29,001 nt of DNA from the sequence record SRR20825006_868; one strand, given 5' to 3'. The notes under the pieces are model-generated. The model made no database searches and was not told the origin of the DNA. It saw only the letters and a list, made by a program, of their open reading frames with translations. Positions 7,809 to 17,609 of this stretch are shown here, piece by piece (the stretch's first letter is position 1; each line of letters starts with the position of its first letter). A program made the position numbers and the translations under genes.

Positions 7809-9110
7809 TCAGTAGATGCTAACCTGCGGTTTGCCGTCGCGCTTGTAGACCGTGCCGTCCTTCATGACGAAATCCACGTCCTCTAATGCGGAGATATCCG
7901 CAAGCGGATCGGAGTCCACGGCGATAAAGTCAGCACGACAACCGACGTCGCCGCATCCGAGTTCTCCTGTTTTTCCCAGTGCTTCAGCCGACAGGCTGGT
8001 CGCAGCCTGGATGGCCTGCATCGGCGTCATGCCGAGATTGACCATGCGGGAGAACTGATTGCCGTTGTCCCCGTGCGGATAGACGCCCGAATCTGAGCCG
8101 AACACGACCTTGACTTCGGCCTTGACCGCCGCAGTGAAGCTGTCTCTCTGAATTTTAGAGATCGCCCGTTCTTTCGCGAGAGATTCTTCCAGCACGCCGT
8201 TCTTCTCGCCTTCAGCCAGCGTGTATTCAGTGTTGTAGATGTCCATCGACAGATAGGTGCCGTTTTCCTTGGCGAGGCGGATTGTGTCTTCGTCAAGGAT
8301 GCTGGCATGTTCGATAGTGTCGATGCCCGCGAGGATCGCGTTCTTGATACCGATCGTGCCATGTGCATGGGAGGCGACCTTGATGCCGCGCGCATGAGCC
8401 TCTTCGGTGACGGCCGTCAGCTCTTCCAGCGTGCCCTGTGCCGCGCCAAGACTGGTGCCTTTCGAAAACACGCCGCCCGTGGAGCAGGTCTTGATCAGGT
8501 CGACGCCGTATTTGATGTTCCGGCGAACTTTTTCCCGCATTTCCCAAGGGCCTGTGGCAACATTCTCGCCTGTGAGATCATACTCGGATGGCAAGAGATT
8601 GGTGTCCGAGCAATGTCCGCCCAAAATGCCAACCGGAGGCCCGGAGACGTACATGCGTGGGCCGGGGACATCGCCTTCATTGATTGCGTCCCGAAGCGCA
8701 ACGTCGCTGTAGCTGGAAGCGCCGACATTCCGCACGGTGGTGAACCCTGCGAGCAAGGTCTTGCGAGCATTCTTGACGCCCGTAATAGCTTGGCGCTCAT
8801 CTGAAAAGCTCAGCGAGAAATAGGCCGGATCTTCGGGATCCGAGGTTAGGTGGGTGTGCATGTCGATGAAGCCGGGCACCAATGTCGCATTCTTCAGATC
8901 AATAGATGTGGAACCTGACGGTTTGCGTAGCTTGTTCGCCGTCCCGCGCGCCGTGATGACCCCATCTTCAATCACGAAGACTGGCCGGTTCACAGTTTCC
9001 GCGGTCACTGGATCTACAAACTTGCCAGCCGTGAGATAAAGGGTCTCAGCTTCGGCAGGCAGCGAAAGCAGCGCGATGGATGCACCGGTTAGCAGGGCTG
9101 TCAGTTTCAT
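7809..9110 (-). CDS. Secreted metal-dependent amidohydrolase (Xaa-Pro dipeptidase/carboxypeptidase-like)
   Basis: Signal peptide MKLTALLTGASIALLSLPAEA, PGFIDMHTH, IKTC carbamylated Lys, HAHG, IEH, GSDSG. Start moved to 9110. Confidence 0.88.
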   Translation of the reverse strand: MKLTALLTGASIALLSLPAEAETLYLTAGKFVDPVTAETVNRPVFVIEDGVITARGTANKLRKPSGSTSIDLKNATLVPGFIDMHTHLTSDPEDPAYFSLSFSDERQAITGVKNARKTLLAGFTTVRNVGASSYSDVALRDAINEGDVPGPRMYVSGPPVGILGGHCSDTNLLPSEYDLTGENVATGPWEMREKVRRNIKYGVDLIKTCSTGGVFSKGTSLGAAQGTLEELTAVTEEAHARGIKVASHAHGTIGIKNAILAGIDTIEHASILDEDTIRLAKENGTYLSMDIYNTEYTLAEGEKNGVLEESLAKERAISKIQRDSFTAAVKAEVKVVFGSDSGVYPHGDNGNQFSRMVNLGMTPMQAIQAATSLSAEALGKTGELGCGDVGCRADFIAVDSDPLADISALEDVDFVMKDGTVYKRDGKPQVSIY

Positions 9111-9260
9111 CGTGAAGATCCTTTGAATGTGAGGACTGGGTTTATCGAGCCACGCCTGCGGCAAGGTCAAGCGTTGGGCTGAATGCCGCTGGGTAAGTCT
9201 TGACGAATGCTGAGGCACAGGCAGCTTGGGCCCGGAAAATCATCACAAGGGAGGCCAGCC

Positions 9261-10172
9261 GTGGCGCAGCCAAAAGAATTTGAACAGATCACCCTCGATA
9301 TCGAAGAAGGTATCGCGACCCTGACGCTGAATCGCCCAGCCAAGATGAATGCCTTCACCGGCAAGATGATGTACGAAATGATTGAGGCGTTTGATATTAC
9401 GGATGCCGACGACAATGTGCGTGTCGTCATCGTGACCGGCTCAGGTGATCGGGCGTTCTGCGCCGGGGCAGACCTGTCCGAAGGTGCCAAAACGTTCGAC
9501 TATGACAAGCGTGCCGAAGGTGGCGAAGTTGGCCGGACCGACGATGTGGACATCCAGCGCGATGGCGGTGGCCGTGTGACACTGCGTATCTTCGACAGCT
9601 TGAAGCCTGTGATCGGCGCGATCAATGGCGCAGCCGTGGGTATTGGCGTGACGATGCAGCTGCCAATGGATATTCGCATCGCATCAGACAATGCGCGATT
9701 TGGATTTGTGTTTAATCGGCGGGGTATCAATCCGGAAGCGGCCTCCAGCTGGTTCCTGCCGCGTCTGGTCGGCATCTCGCAGGCATTGGAATGGTGCTAT
9801 TCCGGCCGCGTTTTCCCGGCACAAGAAGCAAAGGATGGCGGGCTCGTGCGGTCAGTCCATCCGCAATCTGAACTGATGGATGTGGCGCGCGCCATGGCGA
9901 GAGAGATCGCTGACAATACGGCCGCAGTATCAACCAGCCTGACTCGCCAGATGATGTGGCGCATGCTGGGCGCAAGCCATCCGATGGAGGCGCACATCGT
10001 GGATTCTGCGGCGATCTACTCCCGCGGCAAAACGCAAGACGCCAAGGAAGGCGTGATGAGCTTCCTGGAGAAGCGCAAGCCGGTCTATCCGGTTAAGGTC
10101 TCGGATGGCATGCCAAACTTTTATCCGTGGTGGGACGAGCCCGAGTTCAAATGGATTGGCGGCAAGGACTGA
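9261..10172 (+). CDS. Crotonase/enoyl-CoA hydratase-isomerase family protein
   Basis: LNRPAKMNA, FCAGADL, AINGAAVGIG, EGVMSFLEKR; GTG start at 9261 after AAGGGAGG. Confidence 0.9.
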   Translation: MAQPKEFEQITLDIEEGIATLTLNRPAKMNAFTGKMMYEMIEAFDITDADDNVRVVIVTGSGDRAFCAGADLSEGAKTFDYDKRAEGGEVGRTDDVDIQRDGGGRVTLRIFDSLKPVIGAINGAAVGIGVTMQLPMDIRIASDNARFGFVFNRRGINPEAASSWFLPRLVGISQALEWCYSGRVFPAQEAKDGGLVRSVHPQSELMDVARAMAREIADNTAAVSTSLTRQMMWRMLGASHPMEAHIVDSAAIYSRGKTQDAKEGVMSFLEKRKPVYPVKVSDGMPNFYPWWDEPEFKWIGGKD

Positions 10173-10179
10173 TCCGGCA

Positions 10180-11148
10180 ATGACCCCTGAATTGAGGATG
10201 ATCGAAACGAACGGACTCCGCTTGCGCGTGGCGCTGGCGGGGGAAGGGCCGTTGGTCGTCCTCGTGCATGGGTTTCCTGAGAGCTGGTATTCTTGGCGAC
10301 ACCAGATCAAGGCATTGTCCGAGGCAGGTTACAGCGTGGCCGCGCCGGATGTGCGCGGTTATGGTGGGTCCGATCGGCCTCACGCGGTCGAAGCTTACGA
10401 TATGGAAAGCCTGACCGCAGATATTGCCGGGCTTGCCGAGGCCTTGTCTCCGGCTGCGCCGGCGGTTGTGGTCGGGCACGATTGGGGCGCACCGATCGCT
10501 TGGAATACGGCGCGGCTCCATGCCGACCGGTTCCGGGCAGTCGCCGGGTTGTCGGTGCCCTATGTGCCGCCGGGCGATGTGGTTTTCATCGATGCGGCCC
10601 GCACCTTCTTCACAGAGCGTGGCCTGTTTTTCTATCAGGTCTATTTTCAGGATGAAGGTCCACCTGAGGCAGAGCTAGAAGCCGATCCCGCAGAAACGAT
10701 CCGAAAGTTCTATTACGCGATTTCAGGTGACGCGCCCGAGGGGACCTGGCCGGTCGACAAGAAGCATGGTGACACGCTGCTTCACCGACTGCCGGAGCCG
10801 GACATGCCGCTGCCCTGGCTCAGTGATGAAGACGTTGCCTATTATGATGCCCAGTTCCGTCAATCCGGGTTTCGTGGCCCGCTGAACCGGTACCGCAACT
10901 GGCATCGCGATCATGCTTACCTGAAGAGGCACCCTTCTTCCGCTGTGATCGCTCAACCTTCTCTCTACATCGGGGGCACCAAGGACCTGGTTCTGAAGAT
11001 GTACCCCGGTGACATGGTCGCAGCGATGAAAAAGAGCCTTGGCGATCTGCGCGGCGCTGAACTGCTTGAGGGGTGCGGGCACTGGACTCAGCAGGAACGG
11101 CCTGAAGAGGTGAATCGCCTGCTGTTGGACTGGCTGGGCCAGCTTTAG
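10180..11148 (+). CDS. Alpha/beta-fold epoxide hydrolase (EphA/EphB-like)
   Basis: HGFP oxyanion motif, GHDWGA nucleophile Asp, lid tyrosines (FYQVYF, LNRYRN), GHWTQQE His; starts 7 nt after the crotonase stop. Confidence 0.87.
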   Translation: MTPELRMIETNGLRLRVALAGEGPLVVLVHGFPESWYSWRHQIKALSEAGYSVAAPDVRGYGGSDRPHAVEAYDMESLTADIAGLAEALSPAAPAVVVGHDWGAPIAWNTARLHADRFRAVAGLSVPYVPPGDVVFIDAARTFFTERGLFFYQVYFQDEGPPEAELEADPAETIRKFYYAISGDAPEGTWPVDKKHGDTLLHRLPEPDMPLPWLSDEDVAYYDAQFRQSGFRGPLNRYRNWHRDHAYLKRHPSSAVIAQPSLYIGGTKDLVLKMYPGDMVAAMKKSLGDLRGAELLEGCGHWTQQERPEEVNRLLLDWLGQL

Positions 11149-11151
11149 TCG

Positions 11152-12648
11152 CTATTCGTCGAAATCGCTTCCATAGCCTTGCTGGTCGCGGGAGAGATCA
11201 CCGAAGCGGGTGATGTTCGAGTCAAACGCCAGTTCTACGCGGCCAATCGGACCGTGACGTTGCTTGCCGATGATGACCTCGGCCTTGCCATAGACCTGGT
11301 CCATGCGCTCGCGCCATTGGCTCCATTTTTCGTTCGAGGAGGGATCGCTCGGATCGGCGCCGGGCTCGGTTCGCGACAGGTAGTATTCTTCGCGATAGAC
11401 GAACATGACGACGTCAGCATCCTGCTCAATCGATCCGGATTCCCGCAAGTCAGACAATTGGGGGCGCTTGTCGTCGCGTTGTTCAACGGCACGTGAAAGC
11501 TGCGACAGCGCGATGATCGGTACGTTGAGGTCTTTCGCAAGCGCCTTCAGGGAAGTCGTGATTTGCGTAATCTCCTGGACCCGGTTCGCATTTGCGTTGC
11601 CACTGGTGACTGTAATCAGCTGCAGATAGTCGATCACGATCATGTCGAGCCCGACAGAGCGCTGCAGGCGTCGGGCGCGAGCGGCCAGTTGGCTGATCGA
11701 GATACCGCCTGTATCGTCGATATAGAGCGGCAGGTTTTGAAGCTCTTCGGTCGCTTCACGCAGTCGTTCAAAGTCGCTCTTGTCGAGATCGCCCTGACGA
11801 ATCCGATGGGTAGTGATGCCAGTCCGCTCGGCGATGATCCTTGTTGCGAGCTGTTCGTTCGACATTTCCAGCGAGAAGAAGCCGACAATTGCGCCGTCTA
11901 CAGTTTTCTTCGAGCCGTCATCTTGCACTTCTGCGCGATAGGCCGCTGCGGCATTGTAGGCAATGTTGGTTGCAAGAGAGGTTTTCCCCATTGAGGGGCG
12001 CCCGGCAAGGATGATCAAATCAGATCGGTGCAGTCCGCCCAGCTTCTCATCGAGATCGCGCAGCACGGTCGGGATGCCGGCAATCTTGCCTTCGCGCTTG
12101 AACGCAGCTTCAGCGTTCTTGAGAGATTCTGTCAGGGCTTCGGAGAAGGTCGTGAAACCGCGACCCGACGAGCCGCGCTCTGCGAGGTCGAAGAGCTGCC
12201 GTTCAGCCAGTTCGATCTGGCGTTCGCCATTTTCTTCCGGAGTCGGGTTCAAGGCGCGACCCGTCAATTCGCTGCCGATGCCGACCAGCGACCGTCGCAT
12301 GGCAAGGTCGCGGATCATCCGTGCATAGTCGCCGACTTCCGGGCCAAAGGCAGCTGAGTCGAGCAATTGCTCCAAATACCGGGCGCCACCAATTTCAGTG
12401 AGTTTTTCAGCCTTTTCGAAATGCTCGCGCAGCGTGACGCCGTCTGCAATGCGGCCCTGCTGAATCATCGTTGCCGACACGTCGAACAACTCCTGATGCG
12501 CTGGCGCATAGAAATCTGAGGGCCGCAGGATATCTGCCACGCGCTGGTAGGCGTTGTTGTCGAACAGGATGGCACCCAGCACTGCGGCTTCCGCCGACAG
12601 ATTGTGGGGCGGCGCGATTGTGGCGGCGGGGGCATCATCTAGAGGCAT
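11152..12648 (-). CDS. dnaB: Replicative DNA helicase
   Basis: PPHNLSAEAAVLG, Walker A GRPSMGKT, FSLEMS, IDYLQL, LSQLSR, LRESGSIEQDAD, KQRHGP; no intein. Confidence 0.98.
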   Translation of the reverse strand: MPLDDAPAATIAPPHNLSAEAAVLGAILFDNNAYQRVADILRPSDFYAPAHQELFDVSATMIQQGRIADGVTLREHFEKAEKLTEIGGARYLEQLLDSAAFGPEVGDYARMIRDLAMRRSLVGIGSELTGRALNPTPEENGERQIELAERQLFDLAERGSSGRGFTTFSEALTESLKNAEAAFKREGKIAGIPTVLRDLDEKLGGLHRSDLIILAGRPSMGKTSLATNIAYNAAAAYRAEVQDDGSKKTVDGAIVGFFSLEMSNEQLATRIIAERTGITTHRIRQGDLDKSDFERLREATEELQNLPLYIDDTGGISISQLAARARRLQRSVGLDMIVIDYLQLITVTSGNANANRVQEITQITTSLKALAKDLNVPIIALSQLSRAVEQRDDKRPQLSDLRESGSIEQDADVVMFVYREEYYLSRTEPGADPSDPSSNEKWSQWRERMDQVYGKAEVIIGKQRHGPIGRVELAFDSNITRFGDLSRDQQGYGSDFDE

Positions 12649-12726
12649 GCGATTCTTTTACCTTACCTGCGACGCGAATTCATCGCCTTGATGCGGATTG
12701 AGCTGCGCAATTCACCGTCACTTCAC

Positions 12727-12762
12727 AAAAAAAGGGCCGCGGCTGTGGATAGCCGCGGCCCT
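12727..12762 (-). terminator. Rho-independent terminator of rpsF-rpsR-rplI
   Basis: AGGGCCGCGGCT/AGCCGCGGCCCT 12-bp stem followed by a T run on the minus strand. Confidence 0.9.
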
Positions 12763-12782
12763 CAATTCGAATTTGCAGAAGA

Positions 12783-13370
12783 CTATTCTTCGTCTTCGCC
12801 GCCGGCTTCGGCGCGCTCAGCAGCAGCTTCGGCGAGTTCGCCAGCCTGCTCTTCAGCGAGTTCCTGGTTTGCAGCCTGGAGCGAAGCAACGATGTCCTCG
12901 CCTTTCTCCTGGCGTTCAGCCTCTTCAGCGGAGCGGGCGATGTTCGCCTGAACCGTGACGGTGACTTCTGCGTGCAGGCGAATTGCAACGTCGTACAGGC
13001 CGATGGCCTTGATCGGACGGTTCAGGCGTACACCCGAGCGTGGTACGGCGTGACCTGCTGCTTCAGCCGCATCAGCAACGTCGCGAGCAGTAACCGACCC
13101 ATAAAGTTGCCCCGTATCCCCAGCCTGGCGAATGAGCGTGAAGACGGTGCCGTTCAGCTTTTCAGCTTCGGACTCGGCATTTGCGCGAGCTTCTGCGTTA
13201 CGAGCTTCAATGGCTTCGCGCTCAGACTCGAAGCGAGCCCGGTTACGATCATTGGCGAGCAGGGCTTTGCCCTGAGGGATCAGGAAGTTCCGGGCGAACC
13301 CGTTCTTCACATTCACTTCTTCGCCGATTTTGCCGAGGCGTTCGATGCGTTCAAGAAGGATGACTTGCAT
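12783..13370 (-). CDS. rplI: 50S ribosomal protein bL9
   Basis: MQVILLERIERLG, VKNGFARNFLIPQGKA, LYGSVT; acidic alphaproteobacterial C-terminal tail. Confidence 0.98.
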   Translation of the reverse strand: MQVILLERIERLGKIGEEVNVKNGFARNFLIPQGKALLANDRNRARFESEREAIEARNAEARANAESEAEKLNGTVFTLIRQAGDTGQLYGSVTARDVADAAEAAGHAVPRSGVRLNRPIKAIGLYDVAIRLHAEVTVTVQANIARSAEEAERQEKGEDIVASLQAANQELAEEQAGELAEAAAERAEAGGEDEE

Positions 13371-13382
13371 GTTCGTGTCTCC

Positions 13383-13640
13383 TTACTTCACTTCGAATGG
13401 AAGCAGGGCCAGCATGCGGGCGCGTTTGATCGCCTGAGCAAGCTTGCGCTGGTTCTTGAGGTTTACGGCCGTGATGCGGCTGGGCACGATTTTCCCTTTT
13501 TCAGAGATATAGCGCTGCAGCAGTTTCACGTCCTTGTAATCGATTTCCTGTGCGTTCTGACCGGTGAACGGGTCGACCTTGCGGCGACGTCCGAACGGAC
13601 GGCGAGCAGGAATGTTCGTGATGTTCAGTTTCTGAGCCAT
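13383..13640 (-). CDS. rpsR: 30S ribosomal protein bS18
   Basis: [44 protein letters not shown]. Confidence 0.98.
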   Translation of the reverse strand: MAQKLNITNIPARRPFGRRRKVDPFTGQNAQEIDYKDVKLLQRYISEKGKIVPSRITAVNLKNQRKLAQAIKRARMLALLPFEVK

Positions 13641-13655
13641 TTCGAGTGTCCTTCC

Positions 13656-13994
13656 CTAGTCGCGACGACGGTCTTTGCGAGAGAGAACCGGCGACGGCTC
13701 ATCACTCAGGGCTTCAACGCGGATCGTCATGTAGCGCATGACGTCGTCGGAGATGCGAAGGCGGCGTTCAAGTTCCTGAACTGCGTCGGCGGGGCCGTCG
13801 ATGTTCAGAAGCGAGTAGTGCCCCTTGCGTTGTTTCTTGATTGGATAGGCCAGGTTGCGAAGACCCCAGTATTCGGTCTTGCCAACAGATGCGCCTTTTT
13901 CCTTGAGAAAGCCGCTCAATTCTTCGACAAAAGTCTCGACTTGAGCAGGCGAAATGTCAGGTCGTGTGATCACGACATGCTCATATAGTGCCAT
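13656..13994 (-). CDS. rpsF: 30S ribosomal protein bS6
   Basis: [29 protein letters not shown]; start moved to the ATG at 13994. Confidence 0.97.
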   Translation of the reverse strand: MALYEHVVITRPDISPAQVETFVEELSGFLKEKGASVGKTEYWGLRNLAYPIKKQRKGHYSLLNIDGPADAVQELERRLRISDDVMRYMTIRVEALSDEPSPVLSRKDRRRD

Positions 13995-14100
13995 GTTTTC
14001 AGTCCCATAGTAGAGCCATGCGGCGCCAGACAGCGGGAAACTGCCGGGCGATGGCCCCTCTTCATCTGGCTCATTCCAAACTAACGAGGGCCGCATGCCT
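13995..14100 (-). promoter_or_regulatory. Putative structured S6:S18 autoregulatory leader of rpsF
   Basis: About 100-nt UTR with TTTCCCGCTG (CCG at 14034-14036) able to pair with the GGGACTG RBS region, plus further stems. Upstream promoter candidate TTGAAA-N17-TTTACA on the minus strand. Confidence 0.5.
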
Positions 14101-14202
14101 GCGAGTGAATGCGGGTGTAAAGCGCATTTGGGCCTGTTTTTCAAGCGCTTGCTTACATTAGCGGTCACCTTTAACCACGGGCGCAATTTGGAGAAACCAG
14201 AC

Positions 14203-15153
14203 ATGAAAAAATTCGCGCTGATCTTTCCTGGTCAAGGGAGCCAGGAAATCGGAATGGGCAAGTCGCTTGCGGAGGCCTTTCAGTCCGCACGCGATGTCTT
14301 TGCCGAGATTGATGAAGCCCTTGGACAGAATCTGTCTGGCCTCATGTGGGCCGGCGATATTGCCGAGTTGACCCTGACGGCAAATACTCAGCCTGCGCTC
14401 ATGGCGCACAGTGTTGCCGCCGCCCGCGCTCTGGAAGCTGAGTGTGGCTTGTCGGCCAAGGACGCGGCCTATGTGGCGGGTCACTCCCTGGGCGAGTATT
14501 CTGCGCTTGCTGCTGCAGGCGCGCTTGGTGTGGCGGATACGGCGCGCCTCCTGCGCATTCGCGGCAATGCCATGCAGGCCGCCGTGCAGCCGGGAGAGGG
14601 TGCAATGGCAGCCTTGTTGGGAGCCGACATAAATCAGGCGGAAGCCGCCTGTGCAGCTGGACGCGAAACCGGCGGCGCCTGTGATATCGCGAACGACAAT
14701 GCGCCGGGTCAGCTTGTCATATCTGGCCGCAAGGATGCGGTTGAAGCCGCCTGCGCGCGGGCGAAGGATAGCGGCGTCAAGAAAGCCATGCTTCTCAATG
14801 TTTCCGCACCGTTCCATTGCTCCCTGATGCAGCCAGCCGCTGATGCGATGGCCGAGGCGCTGGCCGAGGTGTCGATTGCGCAGCCGGTGAGTGAACTGGT
14901 CGCGAACGTGTCTGCAAGTGCTGTCACCGACCCGGAAACGATCCGGAAGAACCTCGTCGCACAGGTCACAGGCCGTGTGCGCTGGACCGAGAGTGTGCAA
15001 TTCATGGTCGCTCAGGGAGTTGAAGCGACGGGCGAAGCAGGCAATGGCAAGGTGCTGACGGTGATGCAACGCCGAATCGACAAGTCACTCAACGGTTTTA
15101 CGCTCGGGACTCCCGAGGATCTCGAAGCCTTTGCAGAAGCAATGAAGGGATAG
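14203..15153 (+). CDS. fabD: Malonyl-CoA:ACP transacylase
   Basis: FPGQGSQ, NTQPAL, GHSLGE active site, SAPFHC; ATG 14203 after GGAG. Confidence 0.97.
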   Translation: MKKFALIFPGQGSQEIGMGKSLAEAFQSARDVFAEIDEALGQNLSGLMWAGDIAELTLTANTQPALMAHSVAAARALEAECGLSAKDAAYVAGHSLGEYSALAAAGALGVADTARLLRIRGNAMQAAVQPGEGAMAALLGADINQAEAACAAGRETGGACDIANDNAPGQLVISGRKDAVEAACARAKDSGVKKAMLLNVSAPFHCSLMQPAADAMAEALAEVSIAQPVSELVANVSASAVTDPETIRKNLVAQVTGRVRWTESVQFMVAQGVEATGEAGNGKVLTVMQRRIDKSLNGFTLGTPEDLEAFAEAMKG

Positions 15154-15158
15154 ACAAG

Positions 15159-15896
15159 ATGTTTGATCTTACCGGCCGTACGGCCCTCGTGACCGGTGCT
15201 TCCGGCGGAATTGGCCGCGCCATCGCACAAGCCTTGTCCGAAGCGGGCGCCAAAGTGGCTCTCTCCGGGACACGTGAGAACGTGCTGGAAGAAGTTGCCG
15301 GCACACTGAAAGGCGAGAGCGCCATCGTGCCCTGCAACCTGTCTGACGCGGAATCAGTCGATGGCCTTGTGGGCCGGGCTGAGGAAGCAATCGGCCCGCT
15401 CGACATTCTCGTCGCCAATGCCGGTATCACGCGCGACAAGCTGCTGATGCAGATGAAGGATGAAGACTGGAACGATGTTCTGTCGGTCAATTTGGGCAGT
15501 TATTTCCGCCTCACCAAGAGCTGTGTGCGAGGCATGATGAAGCGCCGTCACGGCCGGATTATCGGAATTACATCCATTGTCGGTGTTACCGGAAATCCGG
15601 GCCAAGCCAATTATTGCGCCTCCAAGGCTGGCATGATCGGATTTACCAAATCATTGGCCCAGGAAGTCGCCAGCCGCGGTATTACCGCCAATACGATTGC
15701 GCCCGGATTCATCGAATCACCCATGACGGAAGTGTTGCCGGAAAAGCAGAAAGACACCCTTTTGGGACAGATTCCTGCAGGTCGTCTCGGCCAGGGTGCA
15801 GACATTGCCGCTGCAGCCATTTATCTTGCTTCAGACCAAGCTGCATATGTCACGGGACAGACAATCCACGTGAATGGCGGCATGGCAATGATCTGA
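15159..15896 (+). CDS. fabG: 3-oxoacyl-ACP reductase
   Basis: TGASGGIG, NAGITRD, GNPGQANYCASK, APGFIES; between fabD and acpP. Confidence 0.97.
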   Translation: MFDLTGRTALVTGASGGIGRAIAQALSEAGAKVALSGTRENVLEEVAGTLKGESAIVPCNLSDAESVDGLVGRAEEAIGPLDILVANAGITRDKLLMQMKDEDWNDVLSVNLGSYFRLTKSCVRGMMKRRHGRIIGITSIVGVTGNPGQANYCASKAGMIGFTKSLAQEVASRGITANTIAPGFIESPMTEVLPEKQKDTLLGQIPAGRLGQGADIAAAAIYLASDQAAYVTGQTIHVNGGMAMI

Positions 15897-16010
15897 TTTC
15901 ACTACAGCAAGCCCCACTCATAGGACTTGGCGCTCGTCCCCAGTGTATGCTAGGCGCAACACAATGGTTCGAATCTGGGCCAGTCCTCAGGCATTTTCAG
16001 AGAGGTACTC

Positions 16011-16244
16011 ATGTCTGACGTTCTAGAACGCGTTAAAAAAATTGTTGTCGATAATCTCGACGTGGATGGTGACAAAGTTGTTGAGAGCGCAAGCTTCATC
16101 GACGACCTCGGCGCTGACTCTCTTGACCTCGTCGAGCTGGTCATGGCTTTCGAGGAAGAGTTCAACATTGAGATCCCGGATGATGTGCAGGAATCTATCC
16201 GCACAGTTGGTGATGCGGTAACGCACATCAAAGCCCACATCTAA
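16011..16244 (+). CDS. acpP: Acyl carrier protein
   Basis: [21 protein letters not shown] phosphopantetheine motif; GAGG RBS. Confidence 0.98.
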   Translation: MSDVLERVKKIVVDNLDVDGDKVVESASFIDDLGADSLDLVELVMAFEEEFNIEIPDDVQESIRTVGDAVTHIKAHI

Positions 16245-16260
16245 GATTTCCAGGATTTCT

Positions 16261-17547
16261 ATGTCAGATCGCCGCGTTGTTATTACCGGAATCGGGATTG
16301 TTTCACCCTTGGCCGCTGGCCGTGAGGCAACCTGGGAGCGCCTGCTTGAAGGCAAATCTGGGGCTGGACGTATTGATACGTTCGATCCCGAAGATATGCC
16401 GTGCAAGATTGCGTTTCAGGTTCCGTGGGTAACAGGCCGCGGCGGCGGCGAAGGAGATCCCCATGCGTTTGATCCGGCCAAATTCGTCTCCCCAAAAGAG
16501 ATGCGTCGGATCGACGAATTCATTCTTTATGCGATCGCTGCAGCAGACGAAGCTGTAGAGGATGCCGGATGGAAGCCCGAGGATGACGAAGGTCAGGAGC
16601 GCACTGGCGTTCTCATCGGGTCCGGTATTGGTGGTCTTGAATCGATCTACAAGACTGCGATCACGCTTCATGAGAGCGGGCCGCGCAAGGTGAGCCCGTT
16701 CTTCATCCCTGCTGCTTTGATCAATCTGGCCTCTGGCCAGGTATCGATCCGGCACAAATTCAAAGGGCCCAACCATTCGGTGGTGACGGCCTGTGCTACC
16801 GGCGCTCACGCGATCGGCGACTCTGCCCGCCTCATCAAATATGGTGATGCGGATGTCATGGTTGCAGGCGGCGCCGAGGCTGTCATTGGCCGCATCGGTA
16901 TCGCAGGGTTCTGCGCTGCCAAGGCTATGTCCACGAATTTCAATGATACGCCTGAAAAGGCCTCGCGCCCCTATGACAAGGACCGGGATGGCTTCGTCAT
17001 GGGTGAAGGCGCCGCCATCGTCGTGCTCGAAGAGTACGAGCATGCAAAGGCACGCGGTGCGAAGATCTATGCGGAAGTCGCAGGCTACGGCCTGACGGGT
17101 GACGCCTATCACATCACGGCCCCTGCTGAAGGCGCGGAGGGTGGATACCGTGCCATGAAGATGGCGCTCAAGCATTCGGGCATGGACCTGACAGAGATCG
17201 ACTACGTCAACGCCCACGGCACATCGACCCCGAAGGGGGATGAAGGTGAAGCCGGTGCCGTAGAGCGGGCCTTCGGCGAGCATGCCAAGAACATGTCCAT
17301 GTCGTCGACCAAGTCGGCCGTAGGACACTTGCTCGGCGCTGCCGGAGCCATCGAGAGTGCGTTTTGCGCACTCGCGATCCGCGACCAGGTGATGCCGCCG
17401 ACCTTGAACCTCGACAATCCGAGCTTCGAGACTGTTCTGGACCTGATCCCGCACAAGGCCAAGAAGGGCCGGGTGCGTGCGGCCATGTCCAACAGCTTCG
17501 GCTTTGGCGGCACGAACGCATCGCTGGTTCTCAAGGAAGTTCAGTAA
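16261..17547 (+). CDS. fabF: Beta-ketoacyl-ACP synthase II
   Basis: RRVVITGIG, TACATGAH (Cys), NAHGTST and GHLLGAAG (His), NSFGFGGTN. Confidence 0.97.
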   Translation: MSDRRVVITGIGIVSPLAAGREATWERLLEGKSGAGRIDTFDPEDMPCKIAFQVPWVTGRGGGEGDPHAFDPAKFVSPKEMRRIDEFILYAIAAADEAVEDAGWKPEDDEGQERTGVLIGSGIGGLESIYKTAITLHESGPRKVSPFFIPAALINLASGQVSIRHKFKGPNHSVVTACATGAHAIGDSARLIKYGDADVMVAGGAEAVIGRIGIAGFCAAKAMSTNFNDTPEKASRPYDKDRDGFVMGEGAAIVVLEEYEHAKARGAKIYAEVAGYGLTGDAYHITAPAEGAEGGYRAMKMALKHSGMDLTEIDYVNAHGTSTPKGDEGEAGAVERAFGEHAKNMSMSSTKSAVGHLLGAAGAIESAFCALAIRDQVMPPTLNLDNPSFETVLDLIPHKAKKGRVRAAMSNSFGFGGTNASLVLKEVQ

Positions 17548-17609
17548 GCCTGTTTCTCCGGGCTGGGGTTGGCATGTAGGCTGGCACAGTCAGGATTCGC
17601 GAGGCGTTC

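Noticed and set aside
411..11148. Possible island integrated at tRNA-Pro
   Set aside because: No integrase, no repeat of the tRNA 3' end seen, and the genes look like host-typical metabolic genes.
12972..13988. 338-aa ORF antisense to rpsF-rpsR-rplI
   Set aside because: Antisense shadow of highly expressed genes; no domain features.
15966..15975. GGTTCGAATC T-loop-like sequence upstream of acpP
   Set aside because: No full T stem, acceptor stem or cloverleaf; not a tRNA or att remnant that I can support.
14158..17454. Long antisense ORFs over fabD (14158-15069) and fabF (16303-17454)
   Set aside because: Shadow frames; the sense genes carry all catalytic motifs.
17570..17600. TGGCAT/TGGCAC upstream of mltG as a sigma54 -24 box
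   Set aside because: No TTGC -12 element at the required spacing.
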